Positions 1-14,023 of a stretch of 64,000 nucleotides of DNA are shown here, piece after piece. Within the stretch, counting starts at the first letter, position 1, and the number at the start of each line of letters is the position of its first letter. The notes beneath the pieces are model-generated. The model was not told where the DNA came from, did no database searches, and was given only the letters and a program-made list of their open reading frames with translations. This stretch comes from Phoronis australis (taxonomy: Eukaryota > Animalia > Phoronida). Location of the stretch: assembly GCA_002633005.1 (NCBI GenBank), contig NMRA01000063.1, positions 124,001 to 188,000 on the forward strand. The letters run 5' to 3'. Both the position numbers and the translations under genes were made by a program.

Positions 1-1501
1 AAATCTTGATTTTATCCATGTATACTAGTTTCTCACATGACCAGGAATGTGTTATAACATGATGGTTAATAACACCGAGTACGTAATTTTTTTGATATTA
101 CATTGGCGAATCACAAAGTACTGCGAAGTAGAAATCCATGCGCTTTACACTTTATCATCTGCAAAACACTAATACCAACAACCAAATGCGCGCCAACCAA
201 ACAATGCCGGAATTCCCCAAAGGTGACAAATCAGGTGTCGCAACTGTACGTACTCCCATTCGGAAGGAGATGCAAACAACTTCTTAAAAGGACCCATTTT
301 TGGCGGCAAATTCCATACCCACGTTCATTAAAACGGAGATGAAACCCAATTCAAGAAATGCGGTGATACTGTCTAGCTGTGCTGTCTCAAGGTCAATTCA
401 GTGCTCAAACGGGGAAGTCCTGCTGACAGTTATTTATAAACTTTTGTTAAGTTTTAATATTATAACTTCAAAGACTATTTATTAGATTCTAACTTGAACA
501 TTTGTTACAAAAGCTGAATGCATTTCACAATTGCTAAGTTTTTAATAAAACTAAAACAAAATATAACTGAGTGTACTTTACATTGTGCAAGCGTGTTTTT
601 ACAAAAGTTGCGTCATGTGGTTTAAAGTTTTAGACACGTTGAGTTTTTCGGCAAAACACAGATTGTTTTTATGGTTTATGTTAGAAAACAAAAGCCTCGA
701 GATTTTGACAAAATTTCCAAGAGGTTCTGCCCATGTTATATACCTGAGACTCATGTAGGATTCTCTATTTAGACTGGTGTAGGATTGTCTATTTGTGACA
801 CACATTATATTATTTGGTGACACACATGAGTAAAGTGCTTTGGGACAGTTATTAAGACTATGTAACACTTTATTAACTAGTCTGTCTATTTAGTCAAGTA
901 CCTACAAAACTATACATTTTAACTCAGTAAAAGTACACACTTTCTGAAAGTAGAAAGCCTGTAGAATTTGATTTTTGATTTTTAACCAGTTTGCTATTGA
1001 TTGATTGGGTCACATGACCATGTCTTTTTAGTAAAATTTAGCAAAAACAAACGTAGATCCACAACACGTCAACATTATCAATAACATTACCACAATTTAT
1101 TTTGTATAAATGTTCAAGATGAAATTTCAAATATGTCATTACAGTTTTCTAAATTATTTCATTTTTTGTTTCATGCAAGATTTGATTTTTTTCTTCATAG
1201 TCTTAAAAATCCTTTTTCAATGGCACCTTGTGCAAAAGTGTAACCTTTTAAACGCAATTCCTATCAGTGTTTTGTTGAATAGTGCACAAAGTATGATATC
1301 TGAAAGTTTCAAATGAATCGCAACTGCCATTTCTGAGATATGATGTTCCGAAGTTTTACCAAATTTTGGTCATTTTTCAATCATGGTTTTAGTTGTCAGA
1401 ACTCTTTGATAATTAGATGATGTGTTTTGTGTGGCTTAAACTTTCTTTTGAAATGTTTGGATTCTTTGAGTGGTGTTAAATAGGTTGTCTTGCTTTTACA
1501 G

Positions 1502-1629
1502 AGCAAATTAAAGAGGTGTTGAAGATGGATGATAGGATAATGTCTCTAGCCAAAGAAATGTACCAGCAGAAGAGCTTACTCGTAATGGGACGAGGTTACA
1601 ACTTTGCCACTTGCCTAGAGGGGGCACTG
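1502..1629 (+). CDS. GFPT: GFPT/GFAT internal exon A (isomerase/SIS2 region); upstream exons lie outside the window
   Basis: tttacAG acceptor at 1500-1501 and GTATGT donor at 1630. Translates (E)QIKEVLKMDDRIMSLAKEMYQQKSLLVMGRGYNFATCLEGAL, matching the GFAT/GlmS GRG..A...EGALK motif. Confidence 0.96.
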
Positions 1630-1719
1630 GTATGTACTCTTTTGGTTTTGATGGAAAGTGTGACCTTTTCACAGGTTAAATACTTTTGCATTAGAATGAT
1701 TGAAGCTCCAGCCAAAAGT

Positions 1720-3309
1720 CAAGGCTTGGAATTTTCCACGGAATTTCCGCTTTTTTCGTTTAGTCCCTCCGCGTATTTTCGTTATATTTCCGCGGAAAAA
1801 AAATCAGATTTGCCATAAAATTATCGCGGCAAATTGGTTTCTCACCGCGGCGTTGCCGACGGCTCGAAAAGCAGAAACTGCTCTTTATGTTTCGGAGGAA
1901 CGAAAATTGTAATTGCGGATCACAGGCGCTCGAATTTCCCGGTGACTCGTAACCATATACAAGAAACATGCTGTCTTAATAGTGAGTGATGTCAGTGGCA
2001 TTTGAGGAACAGATAAATTCAAGCGCCTGTGGCTGTGATAGCGTGGTTCATCAATGGCGTCTGCATTTGGTATAAAATCGCGGCGACAAATAGTGCAATT
2101 CTGCGGTCAAAAATGCGTGGAGCGTGTAGTAGACAGAATATTTCGTGGAAAAGTGGACAAAAGAAACGGTCAATGTGTTCACAAACAACCAAAGTCAAGG
2201 TTTGTGCTCTGTAAAGTTTGATAGAGGAACAGTTACGGAGTGCGTGGGCGAGTCACCTCGGACTAAGTTGGAGTCAGAGGAAAGACTGAAAACGATGAAA
2301 CACTAGAAATAACAACACTTCCTGAAAGGAAATTCAACTGTAACTGGTTATTCGTTGGATTGGAATCGTGGGATGTGAGTGATGTGTGAAATTCTTTTGT
2401 TTGATCCCACATGCACGCTCGTTGTCGACGACGTTGCCGTTGGTTGCTAAGCCCTAGCTAAGGCCTGACCGCTTGAGTGTGATTTTCTATGTGCCGCCAA
2501 AATGGGATACAAAGTGCTATTTTCGTTACTGCAAATGCGTTTTAAATTGCATTTTATGTATTTCAATTTTTCCTGACATTTTTCGTGTTCTTTTTTGTGA
2601 TTCGTGTTTTGCAGTTTTAGAAAAGTGATCACGTGACAGATTCTGAATGATCTGTTTGGTCTAAGCCATTGTTTACAAATTCTGCCAGACTATTTTCAGT
2701 GTCCTGATAGAACTTTATTTCTTATGTCACATAGTTTCTTCTACTCCAGCGTGGCTTATGAACAATTTATTCCTGTAATTACTGTTTGAAACTGAAAAGT
2801 TTGGCCAACTTAGGATTGTGATTGATGCATTTTATAAAGTATGTTGTTTTTGACTTTCATTTTTCCATGCTAACAGTTGGGGTATGAGCCACAGGTTTTC
2901 GTCTTGACTTTTTTCAATTTGCGTTGGAATTAAATGTGTATGTATTTCAGGTTTTCTAGATAATCTATCGATTCTCAACTTTTTTTGTAATTTTGTATCG
3001 TAATTATAAGAATTGAAAATAATTTTACAGGTCTCCCTCAGTGCAGCAAATCAAGGATAAGCTCCTGCCACTCAGACTGCAAATTTTTCATCATTATTGT
3101 TATTATTTTAATTTTAAAAAATATTTTTTGTTGCATCTAATTGCCTTCATTGTTGTTGCTGAAATAGATATCAGGTACTGCTTAAGATGGGTGCGTTTTG
3201 CCAACACGACACAGTAACTTTCGATCTGTTGAGGTATGGTTTAGATTGAAATGTGTATTTAGGGCCGTAAAAATTTCCTCTTTTTTGTCATGGGTAATTC
3301 CAAGCCCTG
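1720..3309 (+). mobile_element. Non-autonomous hAT-like DNA transposon, family A (about 1.59 kb, 6-bp TSD)
   Basis: TIRs CAAGGCTTGGAATT / AATTCCAAGCCCTG, flanked by AAAAGT on both sides. Full-length inverted homologue at 21222-22800. Confidence 0.85.
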
Positions 3310-3510
3310 AAAAGTTCATAGCCATCGTATGAGACCCAGTCCTTATTGTTCCATTGGATTATTCCACTTTGAGAATGAAGATGGATGAATATTGGCTATC
3401 TTCTGCTTTCTTTAAAAACCACGCACACCCATTCTATCGCTCAATATTAAGAAATGGAATGATTTTGTTGTAAGTCAAACTAACTTTTACTACGGTAGGT
3501 CTGCATTTGA

Positions 3511-3702
<192 letters not shown>

Positions 3703-3841
3703 TAGGATTGTCATGAGCAATCCTGTCAGTTACGTAACAAAGGATCCTGCCTGTTGCTTGAGTCATATTCAGTTTTGTTACAAGGAGTCATTTTTGTTCA
3801 GAAAGTAATTTTGATTGTGACGAGGGACCCTGTGTCTTCTG

Positions 3842-4099
3842 GTTGTAATTGTTGCATGGAACTTTGTCACCAGTAGCTCATCGTGTTGTAATTGTTGCAT
3901 GGAACTTCATCACCAGTAGCTCATCGTGTTGTAATTATTGCATGGAACTTCATCACCAGTAGCTCATCGTGTTGTAATTGTTGCATGGAACTTCGTCACC
4001 AGTAGCTCATCGTGTTGTAATTGTTGCATGGAACTTCGTCACCAGTAGCTCATCGTGTTGTAATTGTTGCATGGAACTTTGTCGCCAGTAGCTCATCGT
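3842..4099. repeat. 43-bp minisatellite, 6 copies
   Basis: Unit GTTGTAATTGTTGCATGGAACTTYRTCACCAGTAGCTCATCGT. Confidence 0.95.
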
Positions 4100-4315
4100 A
4101 AGACCCAAAATCATAGACAAAACTGAGTTGACGGAATTACTTTCCAACCAAAATTGATTGACAGTCTGGATCAGTAATCCCTCCTTGCACAACATCTTCA
4201 TCTGTCAGTCACATCTGCACTCTGTGGTTCACGCTTGCTTTCAGAATAAAATACTGGTTTATATGTAACCATGGTAATCATAATATCTCATTTTTCCTAC
4301 TTTGTTCCTTTACAG

Positions 4316-4354
4316 AAGTGTATGAATGCTCTTCAGCAAGTCAAAGCCAGACAT
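4316..4354 (+). CDS. GFPT: GFPT exon C (39 nt, absent from the ORF track)
   Basis: Long pyrimidine tract plus tttacAG, then GTGAGT donor. KCMNALQQVKARH matches GFAT KCxNALQQVxAR and bridges exons B and D in frame. Confidence 0.93.
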
Positions 4355-4442
4355 GTGAGTACAGGCTGTATTGCACTTAGTCTGTTCAATGTTCTTCATT
4401 GTGTTTGGTAAACAAACATGTGATGTGTCTGTGTATTTATCA

Positions 4443-4759
4443 TTTGTTGACAACAGTTGAATCAATTTAAAACATATACTGCAACAACTTAAGATTAGCT
4501 TCATATTTGTTGACAACAGTTGAATCAATTTAAAACATATACTGCAACAACTTAAGATTAGCTTCATATTTGTTGACAACAGTTGAATCAATTTAAAACA
4601 TATACTGCAAGAACTTAAGATTAGCTTCATATTTGTTGACAACAGTTGAATCAATTTAAGACATATACTGCAACAACTTAAGATTAGCTTCATATTTGTT
4701 GACAACAGTTGAATCAATTTAAAACATATACTGCAAGAACTTAAGATTAGCTTCATATT
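4443..4759. repeat. 63-bp minisatellite, 5 copies
   Basis: Unit TTTGTTGACAACAGTTGAATCAATTTAAAACATATACTGCAACAACTTAAGATTAGCTTCATA. Confidence 0.95.
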
Positions 4760-5415
4760 TTAGCTTCATGTTTTCTTAAAACATGATATTTGATTTGTTT
4801 GTATTTTCAAATTATTGTGAAAATATGAAATGTTTCTTTTTGAAAGGTTTAAAGGTAAGTTTGTGTTTTTCTTTATTTTTTATTTTGACATGATGAACCA
4901 TCATTTTGGCAGCAAAAGACCTGTGTAGGCCTTTATATGTTTTTAAACCATTTTAAGCAAATAACTGTATATGTTCTTAGCTTTCACACAAATTTGTGAA
5001 ATTCAACAATCACCTTACTACTCTTATTGATATTGCTTAATTTTGCATTATAATTGTATGTTCATGTTTAAAAGCTTAACTTGTAAAATCAAGTGAAAAG
5101 GCCATACATTTCATTTTCTTGGAAATTATATTCAATAGGCCCATCCTGGGTTGAAGTCTCCACTTTTGTGGAAATAGAAAAATGAATTTCATGACTAACC
5201 TCCTTATGGAAATGTCTGGGATTCAGAGTTCATTAACAACAGGAACTCGTCTAGCACTGATATTTTTTCCTTTTTGACAATTTCTTGATGCATTTCTACT
5301 TAAAATGCGCTACAATGGTGACTTACATTAGGTTTGAGGCAATGATTAGTACATTTGCTTTTGAAGAAGCAGGACGATTGCTTGACAGGTGTTGCATTGT
5401 GGGTAGATACCTTGG

Positions 5416-7305
5416 AATAGCGGAGTTGCAACGCCGCCATATTGGAACTAGGTCAGAATGTTGCATTGTGGTTAAGCCGGTAAACAAGTACGTCAGCAAG
5501 CGTGGGGACGAACCGGCCACAGGGAGGTTATACGTGTTGTGTGCCTGGCTGCTATAATACCAGTTAGTTCCTTCCGACTTCGTAGCATAAAGTATGCAGC
5601 GCTCATTTTGAGGGCGGCAAGAAAACGTATCTTGGAAACTGCTCAACAATATTTCCCTTGAAAGAAACAGTAACAAATACTCCTCGGCGGATGGTAGCAA
5701 AAAAAACAACTTGTTTTCGCTTGACCAGAACCAAGCCAACGAGCAATTTTGAGGACAATACCTCTGCACAATCACCTGTTCTTGGTCAACTCACTTAACA
5801 TACGCACACTATATGTATTAACGCGCTAAGATAAAGCGTGCAGAATATTATTATTTACTTTCTACAAAATTGAGGTGCATTGCTATCAAAATTCGTTGTT
5901 GAATTGCGATCATTTTTCAGAAAATTGTGCTGAAATCCCAGGGCGAAATCTCACCGACAAATGCGTAGCTGCCGGACTCGCAATCGTCGATAGGGCTTGA
6001 ATTCTTGAATAAGAATACAGCTTCGACTCAACAAATTACCTGAAATCCTCAAGTTTTCCAAATATAGCGTCTCTAAGATTTTTAAGTTCTTGTGGAGTGT
6101 GGATTAACTGCAGATTAAGTCCAAATCTGCACTAGACTGTAGCCCGCAACACGAGAAAAATCTCTGGAGGAAAACACATGCTGTTGTCACGTGACGTTTG
6201 TTTGAAGTTTGTATGCGTGTGTGTGTGAGAGTATGCGTGCGTGTGCTTGTCATCAGAGTTCATTTGCCAGAGTAAATGCGATGTAATGATCTAGGTGTGC
6301 ATTGTATCCAAAGAAATTAACTCAAGCAGTCAAGCAGAGCGTGTTTTAATATTTATCTTAGCACTTGCTGGCCTCATCTGTTAAAAAACGCTTGAGAATT
6401 GTTTCGGTAAGACCGACATGTCACTCATTGAGTCACGGGGTGAGTGGATGCGTGACCGTAGTGTAACAGATATTTTCAGGAAGATTTGAGGTGTAAGGGT
6501 GCGAATATGTTCACTATCAGTGGGTCATTTTGACTTTATGATTAGTTAAGTAATTTCTCTTAAAAATAATGCAAAAGTTTTTTACGGTATTAGAAACTTT
6601 CGGAAATTAGTGCCAATATTGATTTCTTGCTGATGCTATGTTACCCGTTTCATGAATAGATAGTTCCCGACTAAATGTCTTCAATGCAGCGCGCGCTTCT
6701 TGGCCGCATGCTAACGCTGGTCGAGTTCTTTTTATTAGTCTGCGATTCACGGTTTTCACGTGTACAAAGAAGTTTGGATTCCTGTTGAGGCCGGAGAAGA
6801 TCTGTACCGGAAAGAAACAATGCAATCCCGCTGACAAGTACGCTGCATCTCTTTTCAAAGTCCAGACTCGCGTAGTGGGGCACACTCATCCCTCGCAAGA
6901 GCAGCAAAACTTTTGCGTTCTTTTTGAATCGCGGCATAAGTTTAAAGTGTATACGGACATAACGGTGAGGCTCGTGGTCTACAAATTCAGGACTGTCGGA
7001 TCTTTCAATTGATAAATTGGAGACGTTAGAACTGTAGGCAGGCATTTTTCGCATGTAGTTCATGTGCTGGGCACTTGCTTTAGCGAAGTCTGAAAACGCG
7101 TTGGGGCACTTATTGGGGCATGGGTGTTTATTAGGGCGAATAGCGGCAGAATTACATACAGCTGTGTAGTTTAATGCACACAAATCACACGTCATACAAA
7201 CCAATTGGCCATTCCACATACCCTAATCAATTCCAATAGCCTTTGCGCACCCTAATTTCCGGACACGCGCAATCGTTAAATCGATTCGGTTGCAACTCCG
7301 CTATT
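5416..7305. mobile_element. Unclassified TIR element (about 1.9 kb)
   Basis: Perfect 17-bp inverted termini AATAGCGGAGTTGCAAC / GTTGCAACTCCGCTATT. It splits one copy of a local duplication whose uninterrupted copy follows at about 7323-7373. Confidence 0.75.
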
Positions 7306-7629
7306 AGAGTGGTGCTGTGCTATTGACAGGTGTTGCATTGTGGGCAGATAGCTTAGAATGAGAGTGGTGCTGTGTTGTGTCAAGATGGGCCTAGTGTTTG
7401 GTTCTCATCAAATGTGCAGCTAATCTTTGAACGTGTATGATCAAACTGTGAACCCCGTGATACTTCCATGTACTGACAAACAGGGTCACTTTGTGAGTGA
7501 AGAAATCCAATGACGTCATCGTTTTTTTAAATGGACTTTGATTCATTTACCACCTATTCTTTACAAATCCTTGCGACTCGTTTTTTTTTGAAATTTAGTT
7601 CTCATGTCTAGACTGTAAACCCGTTTTAG

Positions 7630-8315
<686 letters not shown>

Positions 8316-8351
8316 AAACTGTCAATACTTGTTCAGGATGACGTGTGTTAA

Positions 8352-8714
<363 letters not shown>

Positions 8715-9370
8715 TGAACAACATTCTTGATAAAAACTTCACATTCCAAAACTATGTGTATGTGTGTGTGAAGCTACTGACTTTCTATTGACTTACTCAC
8801 GCGGCATTTTGAAAACAAATTCCCAAATTGATTCTTGTGAATGAAAATTTTTATTAGATTCAGAATTGACCCAACTCTGTTAAACTTTATGTCTTTTGTC
8901 TCTTGTGAATGCTACGTTAATGACTGTTTGTTGTGTCATACTAACCTTTATTTGTGTAGCATTTGAAATTAGCTAAGCACTAAGTATTTAGTATAGGATA
9001 CATACGAGGGAAACATAACGTAGAAAATAAATCTGAAACTAAATAAGGCGATCCAGATCCTCCCAAGGATACTATTGTTTCACGAAATGTAGAATATAAA
9101 TAGGTAAATAAAACAACAAGAATGGATCAACTGAAATTTTCGGATGCAATAACGTCCTTTGTCAACAGAAACATAGCACTGTTAAGTGTTTTTGAAAAGG
9201 CAAGGTAAGATATTACGACTAAGGTATAGATTGAAATAACAAACATTTTTACATAATTAGGGAAAGCGATGATACTAGGGGTCTTATTTCAGTCAGTGCA
9301 CAAATATTGATTTTAATCAATTCTTGATTATCACAGATAACGAGAGTAACTTTTGTGGAAGTAATCATAG

Positions 9371-9430
9371 GTTACTATAATTTGGTTACTATAGTTTGGT
9401 TACTATAGTTTGGTTACTATAGTTTGGTTA
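9371..9430. repeat. 14-bp tandem repeat, about 4 copies
   Basis: Unit GGTTACTATAGTTT. Confidence 0.85.
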
Positions 9431-9544
9431 GCTGGTTTTAGACAAACAGTAATAGTTACTATATTCCATCATTCTTTTGTAGCTCATATGACATAGGACT
9501 GATCAATAAGTTTATTAATACAACAGTGTATGACTATATTTAGT

Positions 9545-9683
9545 GCTAATATTGTGTCTATGTATAATAGCTATGTAGTAAATGTAAGCTAATATTGTGT
9601 CTATGTATAATAGCTATGTAGTAAATGTAAGCTAATATTGTGTCTATGTATAATAGCTATGTAGTAAATGTAAGCTAATATTG
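9545..9683. repeat. 43-bp minisatellite, about 3 copies
   Basis: Unit GCTAATATTGTGTCTATGTATAATAGCTATGTAGTAAATGTAA. Confidence 0.92.
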
Positions 9684-10789
9684 CTATCAATGTGTAAGTC
9701 AGGCAAGTAATCCTTTAATTCATGACGTTATTAATAACTCAGTTATCAGATTGTCAGTAACTGTAGTCTTACATAGGATGTTGAAACTAGATCTTAGCAT
9801 TTTAGAATATAGTGTAGTTGCACTTTCAGTAAGAATTATTGTGAAATAGTGAAATGGTAGGCTACTCATATTGAGCTTAACATAGAAAATAGGGATTCAG
9901 CTGGTTATATTTCAGCGATGACGCTGACGCTTAATGTGTGGCTTAATTATTAGTAACAGTGGAATCAGTTCAATCCTAGCATTCGAAGGTGGTTATTGGA
10001 GTTAGGTATGTGGTTTATTGTTACTGCTAAGAGGCTAGTAAATGGCATGATTGCTGTTTTACCATACAGCAGGTGTTACTGAATTTGAATGAACTTCATT
10101 GTGTCAGTGTGGTATGGGTAACTGTTCCTTGTGAGAATGCGGGATGTCTCTTGCTTACTAACCTGGTGTATTCACTGAGGCTAGTCACTGATGAGGTTAG
10201 CAAAAAATTTTGGTGTTGCTACTGAAATAGTTCGCATTATGGGTCTAAGTGTACCATTTACTTCCCACAAGGTATCTTTTTCAGTGGCAGCCATTTTGCT
10301 GTTGTTTAGTGTGTAAGCTTGTATGCTTAGTCACCAAATTGTAGCATGCAAGATGTATTACTAGTCTGACTCACTAGAGGCTAGCCTCAGGGAATACCCC
10401 ACCTCATCTGTGCCCACTGGAGACCCCCTGTCTTCATCGCCCTCATTGTACACACAGCGGTTAAGAAAAGACAAGTCAGATTACTTCGACAGTTCCTCCT
10501 CTCTAGCTGTACCACCTGCAGCCCCGTTTAGTAGTAATTAATAAAGTTAATGATTTCAGTGTCATGAAACATAATTCCTGGATAGTTCTGTTTCTTGGAA
10601 TAAATTAATTATTGTGTCCTTGTGACCTTGACCTTGAATTGACATTTGCCATTTCTGATCTGCTATAATATTTTTCAGTTTTAAGCTAGCCATCCATTTT
10701 GTCCACGATCCGTGTCCCATTTGCTTGTCCATGTATCCATGAGGCAACTATCCATTTATCCATGATTACAAGCTTGAATATATCCACAG

Positions 10790-11292
10790 ACATGCACGTG
10801 CTACTTTCTTTTGTGTTGTGCTCCTGATATCAACATCAAACACATGCACATGGTACTTTCTTGTGTTGTGCTGCTGATATCAACATCAAACACATGCACA
10901 TGGTACTTTCTTGTGTTGTGTTCATGATATAAACATCAAACATGTGCATGTGGTACTCACGTGTGTTGTTCCCCTGATAGAAACATCTAACGCATTCGCG
11001 TGGTACTCTCTTGTGTTGTGCTCCAGATGTCAACATCAAAGGCATGCACGTGGTACTCTCTTGTGTTGTGCTCCTGATATCAACATCAAATTCTTTTGTG
11101 TTGTGCCCCTGATGTCAACATGAAACACATGCACGTGGTACTCTTTTGTGTTGTGCCCCTGATGTCAACATCAAACACATGCACATGGTACTCTCATGTG
11201 CTGTGCTCCTGATGTCAACATCAAACACATGCACGTGCTACTCTCTTTTCTTGTGTTATTCTCCCCTTATCAACATGAAACACATGCCCATG
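10790..11292. repeat. Degenerate 50-bp minisatellite, about 10 copies
   Basis: Unit similar to CACATGCACATGGTACTTTCTTGTGTTGTGCTCCTGATATCAACATCAAA. Confidence 0.9.
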
Positions 11293-12100
11293 GCAAGACA
11301 CCTGATCATGGTGGAATGCCCGATCATGGTCCTCCTCTTAGGTGTTGGCCTCAATTAATTTGATTACCCAAACACATCTCGGTTTTGTGCGTCTCCATTT
11401 GCAAGAATTGTTTCAAAAAAGTCATAAGCTAGGTCCAGTTAACCCACAGGGACTCAAAACTTAGGGACAATTTAATGGGTCATGTCAGTCTTTTTCTCAA
11501 ATATTGTTTTGATTAGCTGTTTTGCATTGTCACTACTTTGTATTAGAATCGGAATGCAGTGTTTTGGGACAATTATTCCTGTTACAATCTGTAAGGCGTG
11601 ATTGCCAATGCAATTTTATTGTGCCCATTGGTCCGCGTTGAATGATCAGTATGCCTAAGACATTTTTCGTGCGCCATTGATGCAAAGCACACTGCCAAAA
11701 TAATCTCTGCTTTTGGCAAGTTGACATGTTCATAAAAAATAAGAGCAACTATTTTGCTTGTATGAGGAGTATCTGAGAGAACAACTCAAACTAGATGTGG
11801 TTATTATGGTCCTTTACCCATCTCTGTGCGTGTCATTAACACTAACCCAAGCACAGAATGGATCCCACTTTCATTTTACTTATTGAACAATTTTTTGAAG
11901 ACACTGATACTGCCCACGGGTCAAGTAAAAATGGATGGCTGTTTTTAGAATGCCTTATATTGTGTATTTAAGTGTGTTTTTTAAAATCATATTTACAGCC
12001 TGAGTTGGTAAAAATGTCGACTTGTTGAAAAAGAGAGCTTGTGTTGTCAGGCCTGTGACTAAGAAATAATAATGTTGTAGGACTGAAACAAAAACAGACT

Positions 12101-12281
12101 GCCACCTAAACCCGCGCCCCAACACAGAGCACCAGCTAAACCCTCACCCCAACACAGAGAGCCGCCTAAACCCTCACCACAACACAGAACGCCACCTAAA
12201 CCCTCACCCCAACAGAGCGCCAGCTCTAGAGCGCCAGCTAAACCCTCTCCCTAACAGAGCGCCACCTAAAGTCTCACCCCA
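12101..12281. repeat. Approximately 30-bp C-rich minisatellite, about 6 copies
   Basis: Unit similar to GCCACCTAAACCCTCACCCCAACACAGAGC. Confidence 0.85.
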
Positions 12282-12580
12282 ATATTAAAAAGTAAGCTGT
12301 TTACTGAAATGCATCTTTGTTCTGTAAAAAAATGTAGTTTGAAATTTTGAGGGGCCCTCGTGAAAAAGACGAAAAGCCATGAAATGAATTTCCAATGTGT
12401 TTATTTTTGGCAATTTTTAAAAGAGGCTTGAGATCTACTTTTGAGTGGATACAGTTCTATTGGTGGGGTAACAACAGATGGAGTGATTTGCATGTTGTTA
12501 AAGAAGCATGATAAAATACCTGCGTGGAATGTGATTCATCTAGTTTTTGTTACCTGTGTGTCAAAGCAAAGATCACACTT

Positions 12581-12810
12581 TACCTGAAACACTTACCCTT
12601 ATCAAACATGACAGTATCTGAAACTGGACAATACATACCTGAAACACTTACCCTTATCAAACATGACAGTATCTGAAACTGGTCAATACATACCTGAAAC
12701 ACTTACCCTTATCAAACATGACAGTATCTGAAACTGGTCAATACATACCTGAAACACTTACCCTTATCAAACATGACAGTATCTGAAACTGGCCAATACA
12801 TACCTGAAAC
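12581..12810. repeat. 55-bp minisatellite, about 4 copies
   Basis: Unit TACCTGAAACACTTACCCTTATCAAACATGACAGTATCTGAAACTGGNCAATACA. Confidence 0.95.
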
Positions 12811-13967
12811 AAAAGACAGCACGTTGGCTCATTAGCTTAATTAATGAAAAAGCCGGCTCATCCAATTCACTTGTTCATTGCACACGTATTGGTTTTGTTT
12901 GAAGTAATTCTTTAATTTGTATGTAAGTGATCGGCAAAACTTCAATGGCTGATTTTCATTCAGCAAATTATTAAAACTTTACCAATTATTTTCACGACCT
13001 ATGAACATGACATATGAACTTTATGAACCAATCTAATAACCTAATAATGGACAAAAATTAATATTTTCTTGAAGAAATTGACAAAGCATTCAGTTGTCCA
13101 TGGTAAGCTAAACAGGTGAAAAATTGCCAAATCAGTTTCCATAGCAACTTGATACTTGATTTGTGGTTATTCAGGTAAGAAAAGATATCTTCAAAAACCA
13201 CAGTTAGTGCCAATTTTTAATAATGTTCAATACAGTGCACTTAATGCTGCACTGTTGAGATGTTTGTGTAGTTTGGTCAATTTGTTACCAGAAATTATCC
13301 CATTTTTCTCAGGTTTAGGCAATGTGTGATTGAAGTATGTGAGACTTGCCAAATTTGATTTATTGTATTGTGTTTCTTGTTTCCTGGGATTGTTTCGTCT
13401 TTTCTGAAGTTTGTCAGAGTCTTCAAGTTAGTTATAATTCTAATGTGAATGTTGTTTATTCGAATATTTGTGACAATCAAACTTTGCATGCTTTGATTGA
13501 TCTTTGACATTTTGTGATTGGCCAATTTTTGTTTGAGTAAATTCTTACGATCTCGGACACTAATCTGGAAGGTATGGTAAAATTCCACCAAAATTTAGCG
13601 AGTAAAAAATAGCGCACCTCTGACTCGGTTTTCAAGCAAAAACAGAGAGCACAACCAAGTATGCTTTTTTGGCTTACAGTAAAATGGAAACAGTACTTTG
13701 TGTGTGGTGCACGCAGGACATGGTAAAGGTTTTTCTAACTTGTATCCACCTCTTTTAGATGGTAGACTGGTTGAAAGTGCACTATCTAAAATTTGACGCC
13801 ACTAAGCACACTGATTTTGTTCAAAAATACCTAATGTCAGCTTAAAACATTTCAATTGGCTTATCCTTCCCAAGGCAGTTATTTATATTAATTGGGATTA
13901 ATCTGCACGCAATTAGTAGACATGATTTTTTAATGATCAAACTACTTTACATGTTTTTGTGTTACAG

Positions 13968-14012
13968 GTGGATTGTCCAAGAAACTTGGCCAAGTCAGTC
14001 ACAGTTGAGTAA
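13968..14012 (+). CDS. GFPT: GFPT last coding exon
   Basis: ttacAG acceptor. VDCPRNLAKSVTVE-stop (TAA followed by TGA) is the near-invariant C-terminal tail of GFAT/GlmS. Confidence 0.97.
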   Translation: MDCPRNLAKSVTVE

Positions 14013-14014
14013 TG

Positions 14015-14023
14015 AAGGTAAGT
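14015..14023 (+). other. Consensus splice donor 5 nt after the GFPT stop (probable 3'UTR intron)
   Basis: AAG|GTAAGT, a perfect U1 consensus, with GT at 14018. Candidate acceptor tttatttacAG|G at 14745-14746. Confidence 0.55.

Noticed and set aside
4310-4756. 148-aa repetitive ORF
   Set aside because: Translation of the 63-bp minisatellite, antisense within a GFPT intron.
6228-6240. AGAGTATGCGTGC as a competing partner for the 7839-7853 stem arm (docking/selector model)
   Set aside because: Short, bulged match inside a GT-rich tract of a transposon; compatible with chance. No convincing competing site was found by eye.
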